Part shown: positions 49,722 to 60,110 of the stretch, piece by piece
Numbering within the stretch: the first letter of the stretch is position 1
How the letters are laid out: the number at the start of each line of letters is the position of its first letter
Origin: an uncultured Salinivenus sp.
GTDB taxonomy: Bacteria; Bacteroidota; Rhodothermia; Rhodothermales; Salinibacteraceae
Direction: 5' to 3'
Length of the DNA stretch: 64,000 nucleotides
NCBI GenBank assembly: GCA_964519235.1
Contig: CAZFJR010000002.1
Span: 1,334-65,333 of the forward strand
Notes under the pieces: model-generated
The model's database searches: none
What the model was told of the DNA's origin: nothing
What the model saw: the letters and a program-made list of their open reading frames with translations, nothing else
Translations under genes and position numbers: made by a program

Positions 49722-50603
49722 ATGGAGCAGTCGGGCGCACTCAAGACCACACTTTCGCGCGACACCTTCGAGCGGTTGCGGGCCCTGATCCGGAAGCACG
49801 CGGGCATCGATTTTTCGGAGGAAAAGCGCTACCTCCTCGAAAGCCGGGCCCGCCCCCGACTGCTGGCCTGCGGGGTGTCGTCCTTCGAGGCCTACGTTCG
49901 GCACCTTCAGCGGTCCGCCACTGCGGACGAGCTCACGCACCTGCTCAACGCCGTGACCATCAACGAAACCTCGTTTTTCCGGCATCCCGCCCAGTTCGAG
50001 GCCCTGGGCGAAACGTTCCTCCCCGAACTCATCCAGCAGCGCCGCGCCGAGGGCACACAGGAGGTGCGCCTGTGGAGCGCGGCCTGCTCGGCGGGCGACG
50101 AGGCCTACTCGCTGGCCATCCTCGTGCAGGAGCGCCTGAAGCCCCGCTTCCCCCACGCGGCCTTCCACATCGTGGGCACGGACATCAACACCGAAGTACT
50201 GGAAGAGGCGCGCGCCGGACGCTACCGCAAACGCGCCATTCGCAACGTGCCCACGGCGTACCTCCACAAGTACTTCCGGCGCATGAACGACACCTTCCTG
50301 CTGGACGCTTCTGTCCGAGACCGGGTCCGCTTCCGGGCCCTCAACCTGACGGATACGCACGCCATGCGGCGCATGCGGAACTTTGACGTGATCATGTGCG
50401 CGAACGTGCTGATTTACTTCGATCAGAAGCGCAAAAAGCAGGTCCTGCAGTCGATGTACCGGTCGCTCCGTCCCGGCGGCTACCTGTTCGTGGGAGGGTC
50501 GGAAGCCCTGGGCGAGGCAGCGGCCCGGTTTGAGTCTGTGCAGGAAGAGGGAGCCCGCGCCTTCCGGCGTCCACGCGCCCCCTCTTCGCCCTCAGCGACG
50601 TAG
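49722..50603 (+). CDS. cheR: Chemotaxis methyltransferase CheR
   Basis: TINETSFFR, WSAACSAG, GTDI, C.NVLIYF. Confidence 0.96.
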   Translation: MEQSGALKTTLSRDTFERLRALIRKHAGIDFSEEKRYLLESRARPRLLACGVSSFEAYVRHLQRSATADELTHLLNAVTINETSFFRHPAQFEALGETFLPELIQQRRAEGTQEVRLWSAACSAGDEAYSLAILVQERLKPRFPHAAFHIVGTDINTEVLEEARAGRYRKRAIRNVPTAYLHKYFRRMNDTFLLDASVRDRVRFRALNLTDTHAMRRMRNFDVIMCANVLIYFDQKRKKQVLQSMYRSLRPGGYLFVGGSEALGEAAARFESVQEEGARAFRRPRAPSSPSAT

Positions 50604-50646
50604 TCCCTGTGCACGTGCTCTTTCCCTCCAAACGCGCTCTCACGCC

Positions 50647-51018
50647 ATGCAATTTCTGATTGTCGACGACTCCCCCACCATGCTCCGCATCATTCGCAAC
50701 GCGCTGAACGAAATCGGCTACAGCGATATCGACGAGGCCGGGGACGGCGAGGAAGCGATCAAGATGATGGCGACGACCGACCCGGACTTCGTGATTACCG
50801 ACTGGAATATGCCCAACATGGATGGGGTGGAACTGGCCACTACCCTCCGGAATCACCCAGAGTACAGCCACCTTCCCATTCTCATGATTACCACTCGGGG
50901 CATGAAGGAAGACGTCAAGACCGCCATGCGGGCCGAGGTCAATAACTACATCGTGAAGCCCTTCGAGCCAGAGGTCCTCGACGAAAAGATTGATCACTGC
51001 CTCCAGGCCGTTTCCTAG
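50647..51018 (+). CDS. cheY: Chemotaxis response regulator CheY
   Basis: IVDDS, ITDWNMP, YIVKPF. Confidence 0.95.
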   Translation: MQFLIVDDSPTMLRIIRNALNEIGYSDIDEAGDGEEAIKMMATTDPDFVITDWNMPNMDGVELATTLRNHPEYSHLPILMITTRGMKEDVKTAMRAEVNNYIVKPFEPEVLDEKIDHCLQAVS

Positions 51019-51072
51019 CACGCTTGCCCTCTCCCCTTCGTCCTCTCTTTTCTGCAACCGCCACGTCCCCTC

Positions 51073-52080
51073 ATGTCTCAAGCCTCCCACCAGCACGTGC
51101 AGGAGTTTTTGGACAAGCTGGACGAGATCCGCGCGGTCTTCGTGCTCGGCCGCCGGTCGCTTCCCTTTCTCGAAGACACCATCCAGTTTGTCGAGGACAT
51201 CACCGTCCTGCTCGAAGAAGTCAACGCGACCATCCAGACCCGCACCGGCCACATGCGGCAGGCCACCGACCGGCTCAGGAGCGTGTCGGAGGCCACCGAG
51301 GTGGCCACCAGCGAAATTTTGGACCACACCGACGAGGTGCTCGACAAGCTGGACGCCCTAACGGCAGACATCGACCGCTCGGAGTCGAAGTTCGAGGAGA
51401 TTGCCGCCGCGGACGAGCGTCTCGTCACCCTTCTGCACGACGAACTGGGCGAGGAGCACGAGGCCCTGCTGGCGGAGGTGGAACAGATTGTGGACCGGAA
51501 ACGCGCCCTGCGGGGCACCTGGGCCACCCAGCTCAACGACTCCCGCGAGGCCCTCTCGGCCATCCGCTCGAAGATGAACCAGATCGTGATGTCGCTGCAG
51601 GTGCAGGACATCACCGAACAGCAGCTGACGAGCGTCAACCACCTCATCGAGACGGTGCGCACCCGCATCGACGCGCTGCTGGACGACCTGGGCACGGGGG
51701 AGGCGGCCGATGCCGACATCCCCGCCCGCGAGCCGCCTCCCACTACCTCCTTCGACGGCGACGCACGCTACGACCGCTCGCCCGAGCGCCAGGAGCAGGC
51801 CGACGAGGTCGTCAACAGCGCGGCCGAGCCGGACGGTGCGGACACCGCCGCCCCCGACACCTCGCCCCCGCCCCGCAACGCGCCCGCCTCGCAGGAGGAC
51901 ATCGACGAGATGTTTGAGGGCCACCAGCCGGATGCCGAGTCGCCCCCTCCGAACGACAGCCCCCCAAACGACAGCCCTTCAAACGACGACCTTCCGGACG
52001 ACGACCCCTCGGACGACGGCCCGCAGGCGGGCCGTGGCGAGCCGGCCTCTCCGGAAGACATCGACGCCCTTTTTCGGTAG
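51073..52080 (+). CDS. cheZ: CheY-P phosphatase CheZ
   Basis: LQVQDITEQ (DxxxQ), ATE.AT..I.D, C-terminal EDID.LF peptide. Confidence 0.85.
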   Translation: MSQASHQHVQEFLDKLDEIRAVFVLGRRSLPFLEDTIQFVEDITVLLEEVNATIQTRTGHMRQATDRLRSVSEATEVATSEILDHTDEVLDKLDALTADIDRSESKFEEIAAADERLVTLLHDELGEEHEALLAEVEQIVDRKRALRGTWATQLNDSREALSAIRSKMNQIVMSLQVQDITEQQLTSVNHLIETVRTRIDALLDDLGTGEAADADIPAREPPPTTSFDGDARYDRSPERQEQADEVVNSAAEPDGADTAAPDTSPPPRNAPASQEDIDEMFEGHQPDAESPPPNDSPPNDSPSNDDLPDDDPSDDGPQAGRGEPASPEDIDALFR

Positions 52081-52148
52081 GGGCCGCCGCCGAAGCGCCA
52101 GCGCGCGCCCCCGCACTGCTCCCCGGCGCCCAGCCCGCCCTTTCCCCC

Positions 52149-54077
52149 ATGGACGACCACCCCATACACGACGACAGCATGCAGGAGATCGTCGAAAGCT
52201 TCGTGGTGGAAGCTACGGAGATCTACGACGGGCTCGAAGGCGACCTTCTGCAGCTCGAGAAAACGCCCAACGACTCGGACCTCGTCGACGAAATTTTTCG
52301 CGACGTGCACACCGTAAAGGGCACGGCCGGCTTTCTGAGCCTGGATCAGTTGAGCACCCTCGCCCATCGGTTCGAGGAGGTGCTCGACGCGATGCGGGAC
52401 GGCACCGTGGACGTCGAGCCCGCCATGACGGACGTCCTGCTGTGCGCATTCGACCACATGAAGGCGCTTACCCAGCAGGTGATCGACCGAAACCTGCAGT
52501 CCCTGGAGCTCGACCCCCTTCTGGAGGCCCTCTCTGCCATTACGGACGGCACGTTCGACCCCGACGATGTAACTCTTCCTCGCATCGACACGGCCGCGGA
52601 GGCCAGCGCTTCCGCTCCGGCCCCAGACGCCTCGTCGCCGGACGTAGCCGATGCAGACGCCTCGTCCCCGGAAGCCTCGCCCGGCGACGCCGGCGCTTCT
52701 CCTGCCTCCCCCAACGCGTCGCCCCGCTCCTCCAGCGCGTCGGGGGGCACGGCCCCCGACACCATTCGCGTGGACGTGCGCCGCCTGAACCGTCTCATGG
52801 ACCTGGTGGGAGAGCTGGTTCTAGGGCGCAACCGCCTGCTCCAGTTGATTTCCGACCTGCAAAGCGAACACTCCTCCGCCCCGGCCTCGAAGGGCTCCTC
52901 GCAGCCCGACCGCTTGCGGGACCTGCTGGACGAGTTGAATGACGCCAGCGACAAGGTCGACTTTACCACGAGCGAGCTTCAGGGGGCGGTCATGCGCACG
53001 CGCATGGTGCAGATTGGGCAGGTGTTCGACAAGTTTCCCCGGGTGGTGCGCGATCTAGCCCAGGAGTTTGAAAAAGACATCACCCTCGCGGTGGAGGGCA
53101 AAGACACTGAGCTGGACAAGTCGCTCGTCGAAGAAATTGGCGATCCCCTCACGCACCTAATTCGGAACGCGGCGGACCACGGCATCGAACCGCCCGAGGT
53201 GCGCAAGCAGCACGGCAAGGACCCTCAGGGCGAGATCCGACTTTCAGCGTTTCATGCCGGCAACCACATTGTCGTGGAGGTGGCCGACGACGGCGCGGGC
53301 CTCGACCCGGACGCCCTGCGCGCGAAAGCGGTAGAGCGGGGCCTCCTGACCGAGGCCGAAGCCGAAGACCTGACCGACACCGAGGCCCTTCAACTCATCT
53401 TTCGCCCCGGATTCACGACTACGGAGGAGGCCAGCCAGGTGTCGGGGCGCGGCGTTGGGATGGACGTGGTCAAAACCAACCTGTCGGAGCTCAACGGGAC
53501 GATCGACATCGACTCTACCCCCGGCGAGGGCACCTGCTTTCGCCTCAAGATCCCCCTCACGCTCGCCATCCTGGAGAGCATGCTCGTGCGCAGCGGCCCC
53601 GAAACGTTCGCCCTGCCTCTGTACGCCGTCTCGGAAGTGGTCCGCCTCACGCCCCAGCAGGTGGACTCCATCCAGGGAAGCGACGTGATCCGGCATCGCG
53701 ACCGCGTGGTGCCCCTCCTCCGCCTCCGAGACGTTTTGAGCGTCCCCCTGCCCACCTCCGATACCGTGCCTGCGTCCCCAGACCGCGCGGTCTCGAACGC
53801 ATACGCCGTCATTGTGACCGTGGCGCACCGCCGCGTGGCCCTGGTTGTGGACGAGCCCATTGCTCAGGAGGAAGTGGTCATCAAATCGCTGGGCAATTAC
53901 CTAAAGGGGATCTCCGGAATCGCCGGGTCCACAATTCTTGGCGACGGCCGGGTCATCATGGTGCTGGATGTGGGGGAACTCATCCAGATGGAAGACGCCG
54001 CCGTCGCCGGCACAGGCCCGCCCCGTAGTGCTCCCCCCTCCGCGGCCGCCTCCCTGCCCGCCCCCTCCACCTCTTAG
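52149..54077 (+). CDS. cheA: Chemotaxis histidine kinase CheA
   Basis: P1 [25 protein letters not shown], CheW-like P5. Confidence 0.97.
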   Translation: MDDHPIHDDSMQEIVESFVVEATEIYDGLEGDLLQLEKTPNDSDLVDEIFRDVHTVKGTAGFLSLDQLSTLAHRFEEVLDAMRDGTVDVEPAMTDVLLCAFDHMKALTQQVIDRNLQSLELDPLLEALSAITDGTFDPDDVTLPRIDTAAEASASAPAPDASSPDVADADASSPEASPGDAGASPASPNASPRSSSASGGTAPDTIRVDVRRLNRLMDLVGELVLGRNRLLQLISDLQSEHSSAPASKGSSQPDRLRDLLDELNDASDKVDFTTSELQGAVMRTRMVQIGQVFDKFPRVVRDLAQEFEKDITLAVEGKDTELDKSLVEEIGDPLTHLIRNAADHGIEPPEVRKQHGKDPQGEIRLSAFHAGNHIVVEVADDGAGLDPDALRAKAVERGLLTEAEAEDLTDTEALQLIFRPGFTTTEEASQVSGRGVGMDVVKTNLSELNGTIDIDSTPGEGTCFRLKIPLTLAILESMLVRSGPETFALPLYAVSEVVRLTPQQVDSIQGSDVIRHRDRVVPLLRLRDVLSVPLPTSDTVPASPDRAVSNAYAVIVTVAHRRVALVVDEPIAQEEVVIKSLGNYLKGISGIAGSTILGDGRVIMVLDVGELIQMEDAAVAGTGPPRSAPPSAAASLPAPSTS

Positions 54078-54207
54078 GATCGGGTCTGGACGATTGGGGA
54101 CGCGACCAAAAACGGACCGTCCAACCACCGGCGCCCGAGACGTCCTCCCCTCCAGACGGCCCCGTCCCCGCGTTCTCACGTTCCTTGTTCCCGAGCACCG
54201 CTCTCCC

Positions 54208-55290
54208 ATGACTCGCGTGCTAATCGTTGACGATTCTTCTTTCATGCGGAAGGCCCTCTCGATCATGGTCGACCGGGCGGACGGAATGACGGTGGCGGAC
54301 ACGGCCGCCAACGGCCGGGAGGGAGTGGAAAAGGCCCGCTCGCTGGAGCCAGACGTGGTTACGATGGACGTGGAGATGCCCGAGATGGACGGCATCACCG
54401 CCGTCCGCAAGATCATGTCACAGGCCCCCTGCCCCATCCTCATGGTAAGCTCGCGCACAGAGAAGGGCGCGACCACCACGATGGAGGCCATGCAGGCCGG
54501 CGCGGCCGACTTCATTCCGAAGGGCGACGCGCATTCGTCCCTCCGCATTCGGGGCGTTGAAGAGGCACTTGTCGAAAAAATCCAGGCCCTCGCCGGCTCT
54601 TCAGCTCGCTTGTTTAGCGAGGGACCGCCGGAGGTGCGCTCCGCGTCTTCTCCCCCCACGCCCTCGTCTCGCACCGGGCAAGCGTCACCGGGCGGTGTCC
54701 CGTCCCCCCCCGAGCTCATCGTGATTGGCGTGTCTACCGGGGGGCCCCTGGCCCTACAACACGTACTGCCCCGGCTTCCCGCCAAGCTGCCCGCACCGGT
54801 GGCAGTGGCCCAGCACATGCCGCCCCAGTTCACCCGCTCGCTGGCCGAGCGTCTCGACGACCTCAGCGCGCTTACCGTCCGCGAGGCCTCCGACGGAATG
54901 ACCCTCACGCCAGGACGCGCCGTGGTGGCGGCGGGGGGGCGTCATCTCACGTTCGAGAAGCGTCAATCTCGCCTTGTGGCACGCACCCCCGAGACGCCCA
55001 CAGACGTCCCCCACTGTCCCTCCGTGGACGTGATGTTCAAATCGGCCTGCGCGGCGTACGGCGGCGCGGTTCTGGCCCTGGTCATGACCGGCATGGGCAC
55101 CGATGGCCGAGACGGCGCCCGACGCATCAAAGCCGCTGGCGGCACAGTCCTTGCCCAAGACAAAGACTCCTGCGTGGTCTACGGGATGCCCAGGGCCGTG
55201 GTGGAGGCTGGCCTCGCCGATGCAATCTGGCCGCTTGAAGAGTTGTCGGAGGCCGTGGGCGAGGCCGCCGGCACGCCGGCCCTGTCGTAA
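54208..55290 (+). CDS. cheB: Chemotaxis methylesterase CheB
   Basis: REC plus GVSTGG, QHMP, PSVD, TGMG.DG. Confidence 0.97.
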   Translation: MTRVLIVDDSSFMRKALSIMVDRADGMTVADTAANGREGVEKARSLEPDVVTMDVEMPEMDGITAVRKIMSQAPCPILMVSSRTEKGATTTMEAMQAGAADFIPKGDAHSSLRIRGVEEALVEKIQALAGSSARLFSEGPPEVRSASSPPTPSSRTGQASPGGVPSPPELIVIGVSTGGPLALQHVLPRLPAKLPAPVAVAQHMPPQFTRSLAERLDDLSALTVREASDGMTLTPGRAVVAAGGRHLTFEKRQSRLVARTPETPTDVPHCPSVDVMFKSACAAYGGAVLALVMTGMGTDGRDGARRIKAAGGTVLAQDKDSCVVYGMPRAVVEAGLADAIWPLEELSEAVGEAAGTPALS

Positions 55291-56027
55291 TGCACAGCCC
55301 CACCCGGGACAGCCCACCACTCGGGACAGCCCCCCTCTCGGGGCCGCCCCCGCAGGAGCACCGCCTGCCCATCGCCCCCCTCTGCCCCGTGCGCCCCGTC
55401 CGGTTCCTGCTGTTTGCCGTCCCGTTCTGCTTCCCACTTGCGAACCTGCTCTTGTCGTCCGCTCAGGCTCAGCCCTCCCCGGCCCACGAGCGGATTCGGC
55501 GTATCGCGGAGCGCACCCGCCCGGAGGCCCCAGCCCGCGCCACCCGCCAGCGACTGCGAAAGTACGAGGCGTACATTCAGTACTTCTCAGGGCTTGCGTA
55601 CTCCCGGGCCGGCGTGAGCGTCAACCCGGACTTTGTGCGCGCCCTCATTGCTGCCGAATCGGCCGCCCGCCCGAACGCCATCTCTTCGGACGGCGCCATC
55701 GGCCTCCTCCAGATTCGTCCTCCCACGGGCCGGCGCGCCGCCCGGGCACTGCACAAAACCGGCTACGACTTCCGCTACGTAGACCGCGCCCGCCTCCGTT
55801 CTCTAAAACGGAAGGACCTTCGCGATCCTGCCGTGAACATCCTCATCGGGTGCTACCTGCTCGACCGGTACAACGCAGAGTTTGGGGGCCACCTCGCCCG
55901 GACCGTGGGGGCCTGGAACGCCGGCGCAGAACGCATTCGGCAATACCGCGGCCCCCCGCCTTTTCCCGAAACCCTGGGCCTCATTGCCCGGGTGAACGCG
56001 TTCTACCTCTTCTTTCTGCACCGGTAG
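55290..56027 (+). CDS. SLT-domain lytic transglycosylase
   Basis: AES catalytic Glu, GLLQI, AWNAG, ET; signal peptide if the start is GTG 55389. Confidence 0.9.
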   Translation: MHSPTRDSPPLGTAPLSGPPPQEHRLPIAPLCPVRPVRFLLFAVPFCFPLANLLLSSAQAQPSPAHERIRRIAERTRPEAPARATRQRLRKYEAYIQYFSGLAYSRAGVSVNPDFVRALIAAESAARPNAISSDGAIGLLQIRPPTGRRAARALHKTGYDFRYVDRARLRSLKRKDLRDPAVNILIGCYLLDRYNAEFGGHLARTVGAWNAGAERIRQYRGPPPFPETLGLIARVNAFYLFFLHR

Positions 56028-56058
56028 GCTGGCCCAAGCCCCGGAGCGACAACGCAGT

Positions 56059-56085
56059 TTAAGATCCGGCGTCCCCCGACGATAC
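56059..56085 (+). promoter_or_regulatory. sigma28 promoter of the MCP gene
   Basis: TTAA-N15-GACGATAC. Confidence 0.7.
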
Positions 56086-56263
56086 TCATAAGTGGCTCTT
56101 ATTGCCCCGTGCCGTGGTGCGGGGCAGCCCTCGGGCTGCGGCCCCGTTGGGGCGCACCCGATGCTTCCGGCCCTCGTCCCCGGCTGCCCGCCCTCGCCGT
56201 CCCCACAGCGGTCCTCTCGTTCGCTCCGGTCCTGTTGCTCCGGCCCAGCTTCCCTTGCCCGCC

Positions 56264-58162
56264 ATGATGTCGTCCTCTTCTCTCGACCTCACCCGCATTC
56301 CCCTGGGCCCGCGGCTCGGGCTGTTGATGGGGCTGGGCATCGGGGCCGTGTTGCTTGCATTTTTTGTATTCGTGACGTTCTCGCTTCGCCAGTCCGAGCA
56401 AAACCTGGAGCATCATGGCCGGCTGCTTGCCCGCACGGTGGGGAGCCAAGCGACCATGGACCTCATGGTGGGCGATCGGGTGGCCCTCAAAGACAAGCTC
56501 GACCCCATTCTAGAGGACGAGTCGGTACTGGCCGCCGGATTTTACGACGATGACGGCCAGCTCGTCGCTGCGCGGCGAGTGGAAGACGTTCTGCCCTTCG
56601 ACGCGGGCCGGGTGGCGGGCGGCACCGCCCGTCGGTGGGTCGATACCGATACGCACGGAGAAGTGCTCATCGTCACGTCGGAGATCCGCCAGGATGGGTC
56701 CCGGGTGGGCTCGGTTCTCACGGTTCTTCCCACCGGTACAGTGCAGGCCCAACGCCAGACAAGCTACGTGCTGGTGGGCGGCGTTCTGGTGCTGGTTGTG
56801 CTTCTGGGGGCGTTCGTGATGTGGCAGCTGCGGCGCACTGTGGAGCAGCCCGTGAACGAGCTGCGAGACGCGGCCCGTGCCGTGGAAAACGGCGCCTTGG
56901 ACGTGCGGGTGGCCGCCAACCAGGCGGACGAGATTGGCGAACTGGCCGCCTCGTTCAACGCGATGGTGGCGGCCAGCCAGCAAAAGAACGAGGCGCTCCA
57001 GGAGCAGTCGGCCCAGGCGGAACAGGCCCGCGAGGAGGCCGAGGCGCTGCGTGAGGAGGCCGAGGCCGAGCAGGCGTACCTGCGCGAGCAGTTCGACCGC
57101 ATCTCGGCGGTGCTTGCCGCCGTGGAGCAGGGCGACCTGACGCGGCGGCTCAGCGTGGACCAGGACGACGCCGTGGGGGGGCTCATGCACCAGGTCAACG
57201 CCATGATCGACCAGCTTTCCGTCCTCATTCGCGAGGTGGAGACGGCCAGCACACAGCTCTCGAAGGCGGCCGAAACAACCGCCGCCACCGTCGAGCAGTT
57301 GTCGACCGGCGCGCAGACCCAGGCCGAACGAACGACCGAGGTGGCCGCGGCCGTGGAAGAGATGTCTTCGACTGTGGCCGCGTCGTCCCGCCACGCCGAA
57401 CGCTCCAACGAAAGCGCCCAGCGAGCCGCCGACCTGGTGGCCAACGGGGAGGCAGTGTTCCAGCAAACCGCCGAGGGCATGGAGGAAATCGCAGACCTTG
57501 TGACCACCTCCGCCGACAAGGTTGAGGAGTTGGGCACGGCCAGTGCCGAGATTGGAGAGATCGTGCAGGTCATCGAAGACATTGCCGACCAGACGAACCT
57601 GCTGGCACTCAACGCGGCCATTGAGGCAGCGCGGGCCGGCGAAGAAGGGAAGGGATTCGCCGTCGTGGCCGAGGAGGTTCGCGAACTGGCCGAGCGCACC
57701 ACGTCTGCCACCCAGAAGATTGCCGACATGGTGGCCCAAATTCAGGCCCGCACCGACGAGGTGGTGGCCGCCATGGCGCAGGGCACGGACAAGGTAAAAC
57801 AGGGCCTGTCGCTGACCGACGAGGCCGCGGACGCCTTCGACCAGATTGTGGACGCCATCGACGAGATGGTGGCGATGATCGACGAGATTGCAGCCGCCAC
57901 CCAGCAGCAGTCTTCCACAACGCGCCAGATCGCCCAGAATGTCGACTCCATCTCGGGCGTGGCCGACGAGGTCTCCCTCTCGGCCACCGACCTGGCCAGC
58001 ACAGCCGAGGACATGTCCGAGCAGGCCACCGCCCTGCAGGGGCTAATCGAGCACTTTTCGGTCGACGATGCAGCGGCCCCTGCACCTTCTCCGGACGGGC
58101 CGCGGGCACAGCCTGTGCCCGCGGCCTCGCATTCCAACGGTGCCTCGGCGAGAACGACGTAG
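56264..58162 (+). CDS. Methyl-accepting chemotaxis protein with two HAMP domains
   Basis: Two TM helices, DEIGELA HAMP, second [37 protein letters not shown]. Confidence 0.97.
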   Translation: MMSSSSLDLTRIPLGPRLGLLMGLGIGAVLLAFFVFVTFSLRQSEQNLEHHGRLLARTVGSQATMDLMVGDRVALKDKLDPILEDESVLAAGFYDDDGQLVAARRVEDVLPFDAGRVAGGTARRWVDTDTHGEVLIVTSEIRQDGSRVGSVLTVLPTGTVQAQRQTSYVLVGGVLVLVVLLGAFVMWQLRRTVEQPVNELRDAARAVENGALDVRVAANQADEIGELAASFNAMVAASQQKNEALQEQSAQAEQAREEAEALREEAEAEQAYLREQFDRISAVLAAVEQGDLTRRLSVDQDDAVGGLMHQVNAMIDQLSVLIREVETASTQLSKAAETTAATVEQLSTGAQTQAERTTEVAAAVEEMSSTVAASSRHAERSNESAQRAADLVANGEAVFQQTAEGMEEIADLVTTSADKVEELGTASAEIGEIVQVIEDIADQTNLLALNAAIEAARAGEEGKGFAVVAEEVRELAERTTSATQKIADMVAQIQARTDEVVAAMAQGTDKVKQGLSLTDEAADAFDQIVDAIDEMVAMIDEIAAATQQQSSTTRQIAQNVDSISGVADEVSLSATDLASTAEDMSEQATALQGLIEHFSVDDAAAPAPSPDGPRAQPVPAASHSNGASARTT

Positions 58163-58220
58163 TCCCTCGGGAGGGGTACAGTGTAGTTCCTGGGGAGGGG
58201 GACAGTGTAGTTCCTGGGGG
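58159..58220 (+). repeat. 24-bp G-rich tandem repeat (about 2.5 copies)
   Basis: GTAGTCCCTCGGGAGGGGTACAGT / GTAGTTCCTGGGGAGGGGGACAGT / GTAGTTCCTGGGGG. Confidence 0.9.
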
Positions 58221-58333
58221 AAATGGCGTAGCCCACACAGATCCGCCCGGAGCCCGGGGCGGGGCACGGCTCCATCCCCGCCCCCCAAGCCTCTCTAGAG
58301 TTTCGAGGCACAAACTGAGACGGGGGCTCGGGT

Positions 58334-58360
58334 TTAAATCTGAGGGCACCCTGTCGATAA
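58334..58360 (+). promoter_or_regulatory. sigma28 promoter of the motA operon
   Basis: TTAA-N15-GTCGATAA. Confidence 0.85.
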
Positions 58361-58501
58361 TCGAAGGGGAAGTTGGCTCCGTCTGCACTTTCCCAGGGGG
58401 CAGCACAGCGGACCCGGCGTCCGGCACGATTTTCCGCGGAGCCTTCCTGTATTTTTTCCGCCGCGCGCTGCCGCCTCTCCCGATGCACTCTGCGCCGCAC
58501 C

Positions 58502-59323
58502 ATGCGAAAATCCTCCGCCATTGGACTGCTTGCAGGCCTCGCCCTCATTCTGGGGGCCATCCTGCTGGGCAGCGGCTGGACGAAGTTTCTGGACCCAGCC
58601 TCCCTCCTGGTGGTGCTGGGCGGCACCGGCGCCGCCCTCACGGTAAGCCGCTCCTTTTCAGATCTGCGCACGGTCTCTGTGCAGGTCCAGGAGATTTTCA
58701 CGTTCCGTCGCCCCTCCCTCCAACGTCACGTCGACCGGCTTACCAACTTCGGGCGCATTGCCCGCCGCGAGGGCGTGCTGGCGCTGGACCGACGGCTGAA
58801 CGACGTGGACAACGATCTGCTCCGCTTCGGCCTCGAACTGACGGTGGACGGGATGGAGTCCGCAGAAGTGCGCGAGATGATGAACCAGCGCATCGCAGAG
58901 CAGCGCGAGCAGCGCCAACTGGCCCCGGAGGTGCTCACGACGGCCGGAACCTACGCCCCGGCGTTCGGCATGATCGGCACGCTCATTGGCCTTATTCAGA
59001 TGCTCCAAAACCTGCAAGACCCTACCCAGATCGGGGCCGGGATGGCCACGGCCCTGGTGACCACGTTCTACGGGGCCGTCACGGCCAACCTCGTCTTCTT
59101 GCCCCTGAGCAACCGGGCCAGGGCCCAGAACCAGACGCGCAGAAAGGTCGAGTACATCGTGCGGGAGGGCACCCTGGCCATTGCCCGCGGCGAAAGCCCC
59201 CGAATGATTGAGCAGCGCCTTACCCATCTGGTGCACGACGACTCCGCCGGCCGCCCCGAAGCCCAGTCGGCCAAGGCCGGCGAGGAGACCGCCGAACGAC
59301 AGCCCGCCGCGGCCGCGGCCTAA
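58502..59323 (+). CDS. motA: Stator protein MotA/PomA
   Basis: ARREGVLAL, APAFGMIGTLIGL, ALVTTFYG, GESPR. Confidence 0.96.
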   Translation: MRKSSAIGLLAGLALILGAILLGSGWTKFLDPASLLVVLGGTGAALTVSRSFSDLRTVSVQVQEIFTFRRPSLQRHVDRLTNFGRIARREGVLALDRRLNDVDNDLLRFGLELTVDGMESAEVREMMNQRIAEQREQRQLAPEVLTTAGTYAPAFGMIGTLIGLIQMLQNLQDPTQIGAGMATALVTTFYGAVTANLVFLPLSNRARAQNQTRRKVEYIVREGTLAIARGESPRMIEQRLTHLVHDDSAGRPEAQSAKAGEETAERQPAAAAA

Positions 59324-59354
59324 GTGCCCTGTCTCTCCCGCCCTCGTTTTTCCC

Positions 59355-60110
59355 ATGCGCACGGACTCTTCTCTCGACGACAGCGCGGACGCGGATGACG
59401 ACATGCCGACGGCGCCGTTTTGGATGACCACCTACGGGGACATCATGACGCTCCTCGTGACGTTTTTTGTGCTTCTCATTTCCATGTCGGAAGTGCGCAT
59501 GAAAAAATTCCAGGACGCAATTAGCAACTTCCAGCGCCAGCCCGGCGTGTTTTCGGGACGCAACTCCGTTGTCCCGATCGACCACTCCACCTCCTCTGAG
59601 CAGTCGAAGGCGCGGAAGCGGAATCAAAAGTACCAGTCGTTCCTCGCCAAGCTGGAAGAAAAGGACTTGGACGACCAGATCCAGGCCAACCTGGTGGAGA
59701 ACGGCATCCACGTCGTCATTGCCGACTCGCTCATGTTTCGGACCGGCCGCGCTCGCCTCATTGAGTCGTCCCGATCGATCTTGCGCGTACTGACCGATCT
59801 GCTGAGCGAGGACATCCGAACGGTGGTCGTGGAAGGACACACCGACGATCGCCCCATTGACACGAAGCGGTTTCCGTCGAACTGGGAGCTGTCCACGGCG
59901 CGGGCGGCCTCGTCGGTACGTTTTCTGCAGGAGAACGCCCCCGGGTACGAGCCCTCTCGCTTTACGGCGGTCGGCTACGGCCCGCACCACCCGCGGGCCT
60001 CGAACGATACGCCCGAGGGCCGCGCCCGCAATCGCCGTGTAGAAATCCTGTTCAGTTGGCGCTCATGGAACAGCGAGACGCCGCTTCAGAAACGCCTTCC
60101 GACTCCGTAG
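59355..60110 (+). CDS. motB: Stator protein MotB/PomB
   Basis: WMTTYGDIMTLL TM, EGHTD, SNWELS..RA, NRRVEI. Confidence 0.96.
   Translation: MRTDSSLDDSADADDDMPTAPFWMTTYGDIMTLLVTFFVLLISMSEVRMKKFQDAISNFQRQPGVFSGRNSVVPIDHSTSSEQSKARKRNQKYQSFLAKLEEKDLDDQIQANLVENGIHVVIADSLMFRTGRARLIESSRSILRVLTDLLSEDIRTVVVEGHTDDRPIDTKRFPSNWELSTARAASSVRFLQENAPGYEPSRFTAVGYGPHHPRASNDTPEGRARNRRVEILFSWRSWNSETPLQKRLPTP

Noticed and set aside
58159-58220. Possible mini-CRISPR array
   Set aside because: Units are directly adjacent with no unique spacers, and there are no cas genes
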